Positions 1-13,115 of a stretch of DNA of 64,000 bases are shown here, piece by piece. The notes beneath the pieces were generated by a model that worked only from the letters and a program-made list of their open reading frames with translations, ran no database searches and had not been told where the DNA came from. Numbering within the stretch: the stretch's first letter is position 1; each line of letters starts with the position of its first letter. Origin of the DNA: Histomonas meleagridis 2922-C6/04-290x (taxonomy: Eukaryota; Protista; Parabasalia); NCBI GenBank assembly GCA_020184695.1, contig JAANOX010000190.1, positions 1 through 64,000 of the forward strand. The letters run 5' to 3'. The position numbers were made by a program, and so were the translations under genes.

Positions 1-3000
1 AGCGCATGTATTGCTACCCATAACAACATCATCTGTAACAAATAATAATAACACAAATAATAACACGAATAAACCATTAACAGTAGCACCACCACCTATA
101 ACATCATTTGTAACAAATAATAATAACACAAATAATAACACGAATAAACCATTAACAGTAGCACCGCCACCTATAACATCATTTGTAACAAATAATAATA
201 ACACGAATAAACCATTAACAGTAGCACCACCACCTATAACATCATTTGTAAATAATAATAATAACACAAATAATAACACGAATAAACCATTAACAGTAGC
301 ACCACCACCTATAACATCATTTGTAACAAATAATAATAACACAAATAATAACACAAATAAACCATTAACAGTAGCATCACCACCTATAACATCATTTGTA
401 AATAATAATAATAACACAAATAATAACACGAATAAACCATTAACAGTAGCACCACCACCTATAACATCATTTGTAACTAATAATAATAACACAAATAATA
501 ACACGAATAGACCATTAACAGTAGCACCACCACCTATAACATCATTTGTAACAAAATAATAATAACACAAATAATAACACTAAATAAAACCTTTAACAGT
601 AGCACCACCACCTATAACATCATTTGTAACAAATAATAATAACACAAATAATAACACGAATAAACCATTAACAGTAGCACCGCCACCTATAACATCATTT
701 GTAAATAATAATAATAACACAAATAATAACACAAATAAACCATTAACAGTAGCACCACCACCTATAACATCATTTGTAACAAATAATAATAACACAAATA
801 ATAACACGAATAAACCATTAACAGTAGCACCACCACCTATAACATCATTTGTAACAAATAATAATAACACAAATAATAACACGAATAAACCATTAACAGT
901 AGCACCACCACCTATAACATCATTTGTAACAAATAATAATAACACAAATAAACCATTAACAGTAGCACCACCACCTATAACATCATTTGTAAATAATAAT
1001 AATAACACAAATAATAACACGAATAAAACCATTAACAGTAGCACCACCACCTATAACATCATTTGTAACAAATAATAATAACACAAATAAACCATTAACA
1101 GTAGCACCACCACCTATAACATCATTTGTAAATAATAATAATAACACAAATAATAACACGAATAAACCATTAACAGTAGCACCGCCACCTATAACATCAT
1201 TTGTAACAAATAATAATAACACGAATAAACCATTAACAGTAGCACCGCCACCTATAACATCATTTGTAAATAATAATAATACGAATAATAACACGAATAA
1301 ACCATTAACAGTAGCACCACCACCTATAACATCATTTGTAAATAATAATAATACGAATAATAACACGAATAAACCATTAACAGTAGCACCACCACCTATA
1401 ACATCATTTGTAACAAATAATAATAACACAAATAATAACACAAATAAACCATTAACAGTAGCACCACCACCTATAACATCATTTGTAACAAATAATAATA
1501 ACACAAATAATAACACAAATAAACCATTAACAGTAGCACCACCACCTATAACATCATTTGTAAATAATAATAATACGAATAATAACACGAATAAACCATT
1601 AACAGTAGCACCACCACCTATAACATCATTTGTAAATAATAATAATAACACAAATAATAACACAAATAAACCATTAACAGTAGCACCACCACCTATAACA
1701 TCATTTGTAACAAATAATAATAACACAAATAATAACACGAATAAAACCATTAACAGTAGCACCACCACCTATAACATCATTTGTAACAAATAATAATAAC
1801 ACAAATAATAACACAAATAAACCATTAACAGTAGCACCACCACCTATAACATCATTTGTAACAAATAATAATAACACAAATAATAACACGAATAAACCAT
1901 TAACAGTAGCACCACCACCTATAACATCATTTGTAACAAATAATAATAACACAAATAATAACACGAATAAACCATTAACAGTAGCACCACCACCTATAAC
2001 ATCATTTGTAACAAATAATAATAACACAAATAAACCATTAACAGTAGCACCACCACCTATAACATCATTTGTAAATAATAATAACACGAATAAACCATTA
2101 ACAGTAGCACCACCACCTATAACATCATTTGTAACAAATAATAATAACACAAATAAACCATTAACAGTAGCACCACCACCTATAACATCATTTGTAAATA
2201 ATAATAACACAAATAAACCAGTAACAGTAGCACCACCACCTATAACATCATTTGTAACAAATAATAATAACACGAATAAACCATTAACAGTAGCACCACC
2301 ACCTATAACATCATTTGTAACAAATAATAATAACACGAATAAACCATTAACAGTAGCACCGCCACCTATAACATCATTTGTAACAAATAATAATAACACG
2401 AATAAACCATTAACAGTAGCACCACCACCTATAACATCATTTGTAACAAATAATAATAACACAAATAAACCATTAACAGTAGCACCACCACCTATAACAT
2501 CATTTGTAACAAATAATAATAACACAAATAAACCATTAACAGTAGCATAACCACCTATAACATCATTTGTAACAAATAATAATAACACAAATAAACCATT
2601 AACAGTAGCACCACCACCTATAACATCATTTGTAAATAATAATAACACAAATAAACCAGTAACAGTAGCACCACCACCTATAACATCATTTGTAAATAAT
2701 AATAACACAAATAAACCATTAACAGTAGCACCACCACCTATAACATCATTTGGAACAAATAATAATACAAACAATAATTCAAAAATAACTAAAACAACAA
2801 CATCTCCAACAAATGGATTTTCATGCATTATTATTAATGATACAGAAAATAACAACAAATCCCATTAAGGTTTCACCGCAATTGACCACTTCTCCTCCTA
2901 TTTCATATTCATTCTATAAGTCAAATGTTTCACCAAATGAAAAATCACATTTCGCAAAAGTTAATACAAATGCAATACAACAAAATTTATGTTCTCCTCT

Positions 3001-3163
3001 TTCCATAGTATATATTCCTTACCCATTTGTTGTCACATATACATACGGGATGCCAATGCCCGTATATCCATTTTATCCTTTATATGATGTACAACAGTTT
3101 CCACAATATGCATATGCGTATATGCCAATATGTCTACAAACGCAGTCTCGGCAAAGAGTTTAA
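1..3163 (+). CDS. 5'-truncated low-complexity Asn/Thr/Pro repeat protein, broken by frameshifts and one internal stop; probable unique C-terminal part at 2813-3163
   Basis: Repeats translate as KPLTVAPPPITSFV(T)NNNNT(NNNT)N. The frame of ORF 11..559 is open to the window edge. Extra A in A-runs at about 556, 586, 1025 and 1745; TAA at 2548-2550. The repeat frame ends at TAA 2868, and a Tyr/Pro-rich ORF overlaps in another frame. Confidence 0.55.
28..2770 (+). repeat. Tandem coding minisatellite, about 39 copies of a 60-75 nt unit
   Basis: Core aataaaccattaacagtagcaccaccacctataacatcatttgta followed by a variable number of aataat/aacac blocks. Confidence 0.97.
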
Positions 3164-3865
3164 TAAAAACAATTTTTTTTTCTGGTTGTAATAATGAAAA
3201 GGAATTCAGCCACATTTTCAATTTTATTTGGATTCCTTGTAATCATATTTGAATGAATCTGTTTCATACTTCATTCTATTTATAAATGTGTAATCAATAT
3301 TTTTAGGTTTTATTCAAATTTTTTCATCCAGAATTTAATCTAAAGTGGTTGCAGAAAGGTTTCCCAACGATAGAATCGAATGAATGAAAAATCATCGGAT
3401 TTATATTCAAAAACTGAGGTGTTTGGGAAACCTTTCTGCAACCACTTTACATATATTTATGTTGTATTTAAAATTTTGTTAATCATTATCTGCTTGCAAC
3501 AATTTGTTTGGTTGATAAAGGGAAATGTATACAATAATCTTATAAGATATATTACTATATTTGAGATAATTTCTATTGTTAAGAATAGACTTACAATAAA
3601 GGTCTCAATATTTTCTTATTTTATTAACGAACCTGTAAAAAAGAAAAGACGCTAAATAATAATGAGTTTTTGTGTACATTTTATCATATGATGTATTTTG
3701 AATTATTTCATCATCATAATTCAACCTAATAGGCATTAACATGTCTTGAAAATTGCAATTCAATTTATATTCTACATATAAAACTAATGCTATTTTTAAT
3801 GATTCAGTACAAAACAGAACGCGTTTTAATTTTGATATAAAAAATGGAAAAAATGCTGATTTTAT

Positions 3866-4642
3866 TTAACGTGGAAAAATATTTTGTTGTGGAGGAAATA
3901 TCATTTGAGGGTAAGGCATTTGGCCATAAGGGCTAAACATTTGTCCATAGGGGTTACACATTTGATTGTATGGAGGATTTGCATTAGTGTTTGTTGTTGG
4001 AACACACGCAATGCATGGAACATAATAATATCCTGGAATATAATAAAATGGAGGTGGCATTGTCTTCACTATGTTCGACGTGGTGTTTTCGAGCTCTTTA
4101 ACCAGTTTTGAAACATCTTCTGCATCAAGATCAGGAACCACATTTTCAATTATTTTCTCTAACCCTTGCTTATTGTCATCTTGGGGAGGATCCTTCTTTG
4201 CTTTTTTGTGATGGGTTTCATGCCGTAAGAACTTTTTCTTTAATTTTGATCTCGAAAAATTATTATCGTGATTTTCAGATGGTTGTCGCCCAAAGCTGAA
4301 TGATTGCGGCCACTCTGGTGAGGTGCTTGGTGTAAATGATCCAAACTCTAAAGAAGAATTCATATCAAAATTATTTGATTTATTTTTATCCTTTGAAATT
4401 ATAAAATCAAAAGAAGGAAAAGCGATTTTTTTGGGAAGTGAGGAATTACTGTTTTTTGAAGAAGGATCTGGAGTTTTGTTGGTATATTGTTGTTGTTCAT
4501 CATTTGATAATTTTTCCCATTCATCATAAATGGTTGCAAAAAATTCGCGCATATTTTCAAAGTTACTTTCACCAGAGTCTTTTTGTTCAATGTTTTTCTC
4601 TTTTTCTTGGCGAAATGATTCTATGCCTTTTCCCAGAAGCAT
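3866..4642 (-). CDS. Hypothetical 258-aa protein with a possible partial HMG-box-like helix and a Pro/Gln/Tyr-rich tail
   Basis: ATG-initiated ORF; FFATIYDEWEKLSNDEQQQY resembles HMG-box helices 2-3. Confidence 0.5.
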   Translation of the reverse strand: MLLGKGIESFRQEKEKNIEQKDSGESNFENMREFFATIYDEWEKLSNDEQQQYTNKTPDPSSKNSNSSLPKKIAFPSFDFIISKDKNKSNNFDMNSSLEFGSFTPSTSPEWPQSFSFGRQPSENHDNNFSRSKLKKKFLRHETHHKKAKKDPPQDDNKQGLEKIIENVVPDLDAEDVSKLVKELENTTSNIVKTMPPPFYYIPGYYYVPCIACVPTTNTNANPPYNQMCNPYGQMFSPYGQMPYPQMIFPPQQNIFPR

Positions 4643-5667
4643 TACTTGTCACTTTTCTGATAATTTGCACGTTTAAATATTTCCATGAATCAAAACTTTC
4701 ACAAAAAAAAGTTTTGCAAAAGTTAGCAAGCTAATTTAACTAGTTTTCCAACATATTTGACTCTTACTCAAATCGAGGATTTATCAAAATCAAAAATTCA
4801 AGTTTTTTTGAAAATTAAAATTTTGAATGCATTTTTTAACAAGTAAGCTGAATGCACTTTTTATCTCAGAATTTAATGGTTTTAAATATTTAAGAAAAAA
4901 ATTGATAGTAATCTTAGTTATTATCCTTAGGATGAAACAAATTCTGAATGACTCATAAAAAAAACTTCAGCGCACATACTGAGAAAGTTAAAACAACATG
5001 TTTAGATGAAAATTTTTGTTGTTGAAACGCAAAAAAGTCACATGTGATGAGGTTATTTTTTTGAGGTGTAAATTGAAAGCGAGTTTTGGCTTTTTGAGAA
5101 ACTTTGCCGCAATTTGTTTGAGTTAAAAATGGCTATCGCTTTTTTAAAAAACTGACACCCATATTGCAAAAAAACTGGTTTTAACTTTCCTCCCAAAACC
5201 TTAAAAAGTCAAAAATGCTTTTCCGATATTAGAATCCATCATTAGATACACTATGTTTTTTTAAGGTGAAAGTATCTCTTAATTGATATTATCCTCGTGG
5301 ATAACTTAATCAAATGAAAAGTAAAAGCACATTCACTCTGGTGAAGCCGCACGCACAAATTATGGCTTGAATTTTAATTATTTTCTATATCATAAATTAA
5401 TTAAAATTTGTTATTGTTAAATTTTTTTGATGTATTCCTGCATCGCCATTATTGAACTCACCAAGCGTTTTGTTATGACTGAGTTGACGTAAAATGTATA
5501 TGTTTTGCAAAAAATCGCCTCGAAATTTATCTCTAAATAGAGGCGCCAGAATTTATCTTTTTCTAATTTTTTGAAAAAGTTATTTTATTCAACTGGGTAA
5601 CCACCAATATTTGAATTGATTCGATTCAATATCGACTTCTATCCGATAAAGGGTTTTCTATTAAAGA

Positions 5668-8600
5668 ATGAGCGAGCAAGAGCAACCGAATACAAACAAG
5701 AAAGCTCCTCCAAAGGCAACTCCACCACCAGTGCGTCCACCACCAGCGCGCCCTCCTCCAACACGACCACCACCAGTACGACCACCTTCATCAACTCCCC
5801 AAGCTGAAACAGAAAGTTCCGAAGATGAAAAAGGTGCGCCTGTACCTACATATCTAAAAAATGTAATATCCCCAATTCGTGTAAATAATGATTTACCTCT
5901 TCCTCCATATCGTGCAGGTTTCCGTGAACAAATTAACAAAAAGCAAAAAGGCAAGGGCAGTAACAAAAAGGCAGCCAAAAAAGGCAAAGCAAAAGAAGAA
6001 GAATCCGAAGATTCTTACATGGAAGAGGACGACTTCTCTGAAACCGATTCTGATGAAGAACAAAGCAAGCCAAAGGGAAAGAAACTCGACAAATCTAGTT
6101 CAAAAGGCAAAATCGAAGTTAAATCAAAGAAATCTGATTCCAAAGCAAAGGCTGATGAAGATGACGAAGAAGCCAAATACAAATCAAAGAAATCATCTGA
6201 CACAGAAACTGATGAAGAAGATAAGAAGAAATTAAAGACTCCAAAGAAGTCCAAGGAAGCTGATAACGAAGAAGCTAAAAAGAAAGAAAAGAAGACGCCG
6301 AAGAAGTCCGAATCTAAAGAAAAGATAGAGGAAGAAAACGAAGATAAAGCTAAATCTAAGCCAAAGAAGGTATCTAAGAAGACATCAGACAATGAGGACA
6401 ATGAAGAAGCTAAGCCGAAAGGAAAGAAGACGCCAAAGAAGTCCGAATCTAAAGAAAATGTCGAGGAAGAAAACGAAGAAAAAGTTAAGAAGCCAAAGAA
6501 GGCACCGAAGAAGACATCAGATAATGAGGACAATGAAGAAGCTAAGCCGAAAAGGAAAGAAGACGCCAAAGAAATCCGAATCTAAAGAAAATGTCGAGGA
6601 AGAAAACGAAGAAAAAGTTAAGAAGCCAAAGAAGGCACCGAAGAAGACATCAGATAATGAGGACAATGAAGAAGCTAAGCCGAAAGGAAAGAAGACGCCA
6701 AAGAAATCCGAATCTAAAGAAAATGTCGAGGAAGAAAACGAAGAAAAAGTTAAGAAGCCAAAGAAGGCACCGAAGAAGACATCAGATAATGAGGACAATG
6801 AAGAAGCTAAGCCGAAAGGAAAGAAGACGCCAAAGAAGTCCGAATCTAAAGAAAATGTCGAGGAAGAAAACGAAGAAAAAGTTAAGAAGCCAAAGAAGGC
6901 ACCGAAGAAGACATCAGATAATGAGGACAATGAAGAAGCTAAGCCGAAAGGAAAGAAGACGCCAAAGAAATCCGAATCTAAAGAAAATGTCGAGGAAGAA
7001 AACGAAGAAAAAGTTAAGAAGCCAAAGAAGGCACCGAAGAAGACATCAGATAATGAGGACAATGAAGAAGCTAAGCCGAAAGGAAAGAAGACGCCAAAGA
7101 AGTCCGAATCTAAAGAAAATGTCGAGGAAGAAAACGAAGAAAAAGTTAAGAAGCCAAAGAAGGCACCAAAGAAATCTGACTCCAAAGAAAAAGTAGAAGA
7201 AGATAATGAAGAAGCTAAGCCTAAAGGAAAGAAAGCACCAAAGAAGACATCTGACGGTGATGATGAAGAAAACGAAGAAAAAGTTAAGAAGCCAAAGAAA
7301 GCATCAAAGAAATCCGAAGCCAAAGAAGAAGAAGCAGTTAAGCCGAAGGGAAAGAAAGCGCCAAAGAAGGCGTCTGATGATGACGAAGATAATGAAGAAA
7401 AGGTTAAACCAAAACCAAAGAAGGCTCCAAAGAAGTCCGAGTCCAAAGAAAAGGTTGAAGAAGATGACGAAGAAGCAGTTAAGCCTAAGGGAAAGAAAGC
7501 TCCGAAGAAGACATCTGACAACGAAGAAGATAACGAAGACAACTCCAAACCCAAAGCTAAGAAAGCTCCCAAGAAGACCAATTCCAAATCCAAATCCAAG
7601 AAGTCACAAAAGAACAGTTCTGAGAACGAAGAAGAAAGCAAATCCTTCAAAAACCGTGATGAAGAAGAGTCCACATCCAAGAAGTCGCAGCGTGCCAAGA
7701 AGCCACCATTACCTAAAGGCGAAGAAGACAGTGTCTCCGAGAAGAGGCTTTCCAAGAAGCGTCCGCCTAAGCGTGGCGGAAAAGTTCGCTTATCTGATAC
7801 GTCATCCGCAGAAGTATCCGCTGATGATGAAAAGAAGAATGCACGAAATATTAAGAACTCTAAGTCACATCAATCATTCATTGAACAACGTCATGAAGAT
7901 GACATGACGAAGTCGAAACTTAAACGCGATACACGTTCAGTTTCAATGTTTCCACCACAATCGCAACCCCCATCAGGCGAAAACAAAATCATATCGACGA
8001 AGAAAAGTAAAACGCAATCAGATGAACGTCTTGAAGAGATATATGGCGAAATCGAAAAAGAAGATGCTGAAATTGAAGTTGTATATCAATTTAATTCTAA
8101 TCCTAAGAAGAACATTGGCCAATTATGTAAGTTCTTTGATAAAGATGAATCACCAGAATCGATTGCATATTTAATGCATCATGTTGAAGGATTAGTCGGA
8201 GAAGTTATTGGTGATTATTTATCACGAAAAGAAAATGGCGAAATATTACATGCGTTCTTTAATGCTATTGATCTTAAGACTGATTTCATTGAAGCGATGC
8301 GTCGTTCATTAAGTGGACCATTATATTTACCAGGCGAAGCACAACAAATAGATCGCGTTGTGCAAGCATTTTCACAATGTTATATGGAACAAAATCCAGG
8401 CGCGTTTAATAATGATGAAAATCCATACATATTATCATTTGCGTTAATTATGTTAAATTCTGATTTACATAATCCGAATGTTCAACGACGAATGACATGT
8501 CAACAATTTATTAAGAACACTAAAGGCTCATTAAATAATGACGACATTAGTGATGAAGAATTAACGAAGATGTATAATGCACTTAAAGAGAATCCATTTA

Positions 8601-9052
8601 AATTCTCGAATTCATCAAATGAATTTATGGCATTATCAGCACCTTCACTTAAAGGTTATTTACAAGTTAAAATGGCCAAAAAGTTCACAAAGTTTTCGAA
8701 GAAATATTTCGTCTTAGCGAATTCATGTATGTATTATTTCAAAGATGATTCACAACTAAGTAAAGATCAGCCGCAAGGAATGATACAATTGACCGAAGTT
8801 GAAGTAACTATGGAAAAAGGTTCAGATAATGTAATTTTGGTAACAACAACTGGATCACAAATACAAAATGTTTGCTTCGAAAAAGGTATTCCAAATATGA
8901 TACCAAACGTGAAAAAGGTTTACTTCAAAACAACAGATAATGATACGTGTATGAAATGGTTTATAAGAATGAGAAAATCAGTGATTATTTCATCGTTCCA
9001 GGACGGTAACCCAAATGATGAATTCAACGCTGAAAACGTCTCAGATGCATAA
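5668..9052 (+). CDS. Sec7-PH Arf guanine nucleotide exchange factor (cytohesin-like) with a long Lys/Glu-rich repeat N-terminus; one +1 frameshift near 6551
   Basis: LYLPGEAQQIDRVVQAF (Sec7 glutamic finger), YILSFALIMLNSDLHNPNV, PH-like LKGYLQVK...KKYFVLANSCMYYFKD. ORFs 5668..6585 and 6392..9052 join if one A in gccgaaaagga is removed. Confidence 0.9.
6412..7170 (+). repeat. About 6 near-identical 132-nt (44-aa) coding tandem repeats
   Basis: KPKGKKTPKKSESKENVEEENEEKVKKPKKAPKKTSDNEDNEEA repeated at 132-nt spacing, with degenerate copies on both flanks. Confidence 0.95.
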
Positions 9053-9660
9053 TTATAATATTGATTAAAGTACGATCGATATATATATAATATTTTCGCA
9101 TTTTTTTTTAATTAAAAATGTTTTTGTTTGTGATGTTGTGGAAAATATATTTTCAAATTAATAAAAAAATATTTTTTTTTGATTTAATTAATTTTAATAT
9201 TCATATTATTTATAAACATGGAATTAATGTAATTAAATATATTAATTATTAATATTTTGTATTTGATTTTTTTTTTTTTTGTTTTGTTGTTTAAATTATC
9301 AAAATTTGTCACATTCTAAGAATTAATATGTAATATACGCTTGAAAAATAAAAATATTTTTTCATCATAAATATCCCAATTGGTCGGTTTTGATGCTTTG
9401 ATCTTCATTTCACTTTGTTTTCACTTTTTAATAGAGGCGGCCAGCAACTGTAACTCAAACAGAAGAAATTCTATGGCATTTCGACATGTAACAAATCATG
9501 ATGATGATGACGCCTGGCGTCATAACCGTTTTATAATTATGTCAAATATTGAATGCAAAGTATTCAAAATTACGGTTGACATTAGCAACAAGTCATTAAA
9601 TGCTTGGATATAACTTTTTCATATAAATCGATTTAAATTGCATTAAAAAGGATTTTGAGT

Positions 9661-9666
9661 TCACTT
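9661..9666 (+). promoter_or_regulatory. Parabasalid-type initiator (Inr) element
   Basis: TCACTT 12 nt upstream of the ATG at 9673; matches the trichomonad Inr consensus TCA(Y)(T/A). Confidence 0.5.
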
Positions 9667-9672
9667 GAATCA

Positions 9673-10296
9673 ATGTTAAACCAATTTCAAAATGAAGATC
9701 TTCCAGCTTATTGGAGTTTATTATCTGAAAAAGAACAAAATGATTATATAAAACTCAAAGAAGAAATTGAACCATTGTCCTCACGTGCAACAAAAGAAAA
9801 ATTGAAAAATCATTTTCAAATAATGCTTGATTCAATTAAAAAATATGTTTTTCAACATGATGGAAATGATGCTATTCGTTCATTAGTTTGTGGTATTATA
9901 TGGATATCAGATGGAATAGCTATATGTAATAGAAATTTATCTAAGTTAATTGGTAAATGCAAATCATCTATTAACAGCGGGCTTTTAAATCTTGGATATA
10001 AAAATTCATCAATCACAACAAAACATGGAACAGAATTAGTGAAATTGTTTCCATTTATGAAAGGAAATTGTGCTGAAATGAGACAATGGACAAGTAGAAT
10101 AAATAAAGAAGAAGCATATCATTGTCAAGCATTATTCGCTTCATACTTTGAAAATGATATTCCACAACAAACAGAAGAACAATTTGATGAAACAAATGGT
10201 TTCTTCCAACCAGATGATGGTTATGAATTTACACAAAGTGATGAAGAACAATTTGCAAATTTCAATTATGGTTTTGATTTCTTAGATGTTTATTAA
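9673..10296 (+). CDS. Initiator-binding domain (IBD, IBP39-like) transcription factor
   Basis: YWSLLSEKEQNDYIKL, RSLVCGIIW, IGKCKSSINSGLLNLGY match the parabasalid IBD family; first ATG is at 9673. Confidence 0.88.
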   Translation: MLNQFQNEDLPAYWSLLSEKEQNDYIKLKEEIEPLSSRATKEKLKNHFQIMLDSIKKYVFQHDGNDAIRSLVCGIIWISDGIAICNRNLSKLIGKCKSSINSGLLNLGYKNSSITTKHGTELVKLFPFMKGNCAEMRQWTSRINKEEAYHCQALFASYFENDIPQQTEEQFDETNGFFQPDDGYEFTQSDEEQFANFNYGFDFLDVY

Positions 10297-11164
10297 AATG
10301 TTTTTTATGCTTAATTTAATGTTTTATTTTTGAAATAACAGTTTGAATTTTATAATGATTGTTTCCTGTAAAATTATGTATTTAAAACTTAAGTAACATA
10401 AGATGTGCTTTGATTTTCATAATAAATTTTTGATTTATTTGACGAATTTATTATAAAGATGTAACTTACAAAACAGAAGTTTGCAGAAACTCATCTCAAT
10501 ATTAAGAAATGTGTAATTAAACTTATTGACTTTTAAGCTTCATAAATAATATTTCAGCATTATTTAATCAATAGATTTTAATGTTCTTAAGTTTCTAAAC
10601 AAAAAACAAAATGCATTGTTTAAATATTTGCTAACAATACGAAACAGTGACACTTTTTGTAAAAAGCCGTTATAAACATGACACTTTTAATGTAAATATT
10701 CTAAACGTTCCAATGAAATGACGCTGAACAAGATGCACATTTTCAAAGGATGCATATAAAAAACTGATTATAAACATTGAGCAATGTTTTATTGCATTCG
10801 AATTTTAATATGGCAAGAGGCTATTTATTTTTTATGACATTAACATCAACGCTTAAATGCGAAAGTTAAAAAGTGACGATTTTGTGAGAGACCTGTAATT
10901 CCAAAAAACAGAAATATTTTCATTAATAATTAATATATCAAAAACATCTTATTATGGTATCCATTAATAATGAATGTTATGTATAATTAGCAAAAAGATA
11001 TAAAATTTATTAATTAAGATTTTTGGAATTCTTGTCCTTGTTACAACAGCACTTTTGACTTTTCTGAGGGGTGATGTGTAAAACAAAAGCTTTTTTGCCT
11101 AATCTTTACGGTTTTATTCAAACCCAAATTTTGAATTCAAACACCTAAAAAATTATCACCAAAA

Positions 11165-12856
11165 ATGGATGAAAATAATTCTACAAATGAAAACAATATC
11201 CAAAACGAAGTAGACGTTGTTGTACCTCAAATTCCAGATGTTCCTCAACGACCTCGATTATTTTTTGATGATGCCACATCTTTATATGAAGAACTTTCAA
11301 CAGACTCCAAAGTTGACAAAGAAACCCCTTTCTCATCTGATGAGTCAGACTCTGACTTTTGGGAAGAAACTTCCACGTCTTCAGCTATTAAGTCAGATAA
11401 TGCTTCCAAATCCGCCAATGAAAACAGTGAAAAAAAGAGCAAAGTTCAATTTTCCAATATAAATCCCGAATTTCTTTCACCCACACGCCCTTCCAGTACA
11501 TCTTCAGATTCATCCCGTGTGTTAGCATTTTTCCCACCTCCCAACAGTCCTCCACCCCCACCCAATGAGTGCCCTCCATCTCAACAAAACCAATCAGCCA
11601 CTCTTACTCCCGATGAAATCATGGCATCACTTCCACCTCCCGAAATCCAGCCTCCACCACCCGAACCAAAGCTATCCCCTGACGAGATCATGGCCAGCAT
11701 TCCACCGCCTGCCACTGCTCCTCCACCACCCGAACCGAAATTGTCTCCCGATGAAATCATGGCGTCACTTCCTCCACCCGAAACTCAGCCTCCTCCGCCA
11801 TCAGAACACAAGCCGACCGCCGACGAAATCATGGCTTCGCTTCCTCCTCCAGAAGTCCAGCCCCCGCCGCCCGGCACTGTCACGCCCGAGTCCATCATGG
11901 CCGCGCTTCCTCCGCCAGAAGTTCCGCCTCCTCCGCCAACTAATCGCGCCGAGTCGCCGAACCAGCCGCTTCTTGAGATCTGGGAGGGAGTTCTGGAGCG
12001 GTACAAGACGAATCCGCACAAAAAGCAAAAAATCGGACACTTTGTACGCCGCGGAATCCCAGGCGAAGTACGAAGTGATGTTTGGCTTATTCTCTCTCAC
12101 GGAACAATTCGGAAGAGGCATTCTAATAAGACGATTAATGATTATCTTTTGATGCCGTCACTTGACTGTTATATTGACATTCGAAAAGATTGTAATGAGA
12201 TCACATTACCCATTTTAAATTATCAAGAAATGAGTGATGACTTTAAGCATTCGTTATGTAATGTTATGTATAGTGTTATGCAATATTTCAAGCATGAGAT
12301 GTGTTATTATTGTGAGTTATTATATGTTGCATCCATATTTGTTAAATATATGGATGAAGAAAATGCGTTTTATTCTATGATTGGCATTTTAAATAATCCG
12401 AAAATATTATATAAACATTTCTTCATGTGTGGGTCACGAAGAATTATAATATTAAATAATGTACTTAAAGAATTACTTCGAAAAGATTATAATGAACTTA
12501 TGGATTATTTGGATGGAAAAGATATCGATTTATGTGATGTAACTAAAAAATGGTTTTTGACTGCTTTCCAATCTGTACATTTATCAAGAACATTCTTGAT
12601 AAGGATATTGGAAGGATTTATGTTGAACGGACTGAGGTTTTTAGTATCTGTGGCGTATATTGTGTTGAAGATTCACCGTAAGAAAATTTTGAAAATCGAT
12701 GAAAGAAATGAAATTTTGAAATTGTTGGAAAATATCGGAGAATCGAATAAAATGGAAAATTGGAAAAAGATTATAAAAGCAGCTCATAGGGATATACCTA
12801 AAAAGATTTTCAATGAATTAATGATAAAATATACAAATGAAAATGAGGAAGAATAA
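11165..12856 (+). CDS. Rab-GAP TBC domain protein with Pro-rich N-terminal repeats; catalytic fingers appear lost
   Basis: VRRGIPGEVRSDVWLILS, DEENAFYSM, KWFLTAF, RILEGFMLNG are TBC motifs; five PDEIMASLPPP-type repeats. Confidence 0.85.
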   Translation: MDENNSTNENNIQNEVDVVVPQIPDVPQRPRLFFDDATSLYEELSTDSKVDKETPFSSDESDSDFWEETSTSSAIKSDNASKSANENSEKKSKVQFSNINPEFLSPTRPSSTSSDSSRVLAFFPPPNSPPPPPNECPPSQQNQSATLTPDEIMASLPPPEIQPPPPEPKLSPDEIMASIPPPATAPPPPEPKLSPDEIMASLPPPETQPPPPSEHKPTADEIMASLPPPEVQPPPPGTVTPESIMAALPPPEVPPPPPTNRAESPNQPLLEIWEGVLERYKTNPHKKQKIGHFVRRGIPGEVRSDVWLILSHGTIRKRHSNKTINDYLLMPSLDCYIDIRKDCNEITLPILNYQEMSDDFKHSLCNVMYSVMQYFKHEMCYYCELLYVASIFVKYMDEENAFYSMIGILNNPKILYKHFFMCGSRRIIILNNVLKELLRKDYNELMDYLDGKDIDLCDVTKKWFLTAFQSVHLSRTFLIRILEGFMLNGLRFLVSVAYIVLKIHRKKILKIDERNEILKLLENIGESNKMENWKKIIKAAHRDIPKKIFNELMIKYTNENEEE

Positions 12857-13115
12857 AATAAAGAAATTAGTAAACATTGGATTTAACTCTTTGTGTTTGT
12901 TTTAATTAACTCTATTACTAATTTGTAGATTATTCAGGATTTGATCCAAGAATTGACACTCTTGTTCACTTTCAAGTACAATCATAATAATGTGTATATT
13001 ATTGGAAAATTCATTAATTCATTATAAATTTATATAAAAGCATTTTTTGAATGAAGTATAGAATCAAATATGAAAAAATGTTTATTTTAAAAAATTAAAT
13101 ATCAGTTGTGCTTTG

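Noticed and set aside
580-2858. Long minus-strand ORFs (DVIGGGATVNGLFVLLF repeats)
   Set aside because: Antisense shadows of the + strand repeat; they break at the same A insertions and have no independent support.
5661-7907. Overlapping Ser/Phe-rich minus-strand and Arg/Lys-rich alternative-frame ORFs
   Set aside because: Shadows of the low-complexity Lys/Glu repeat region of the Sec7 gene.
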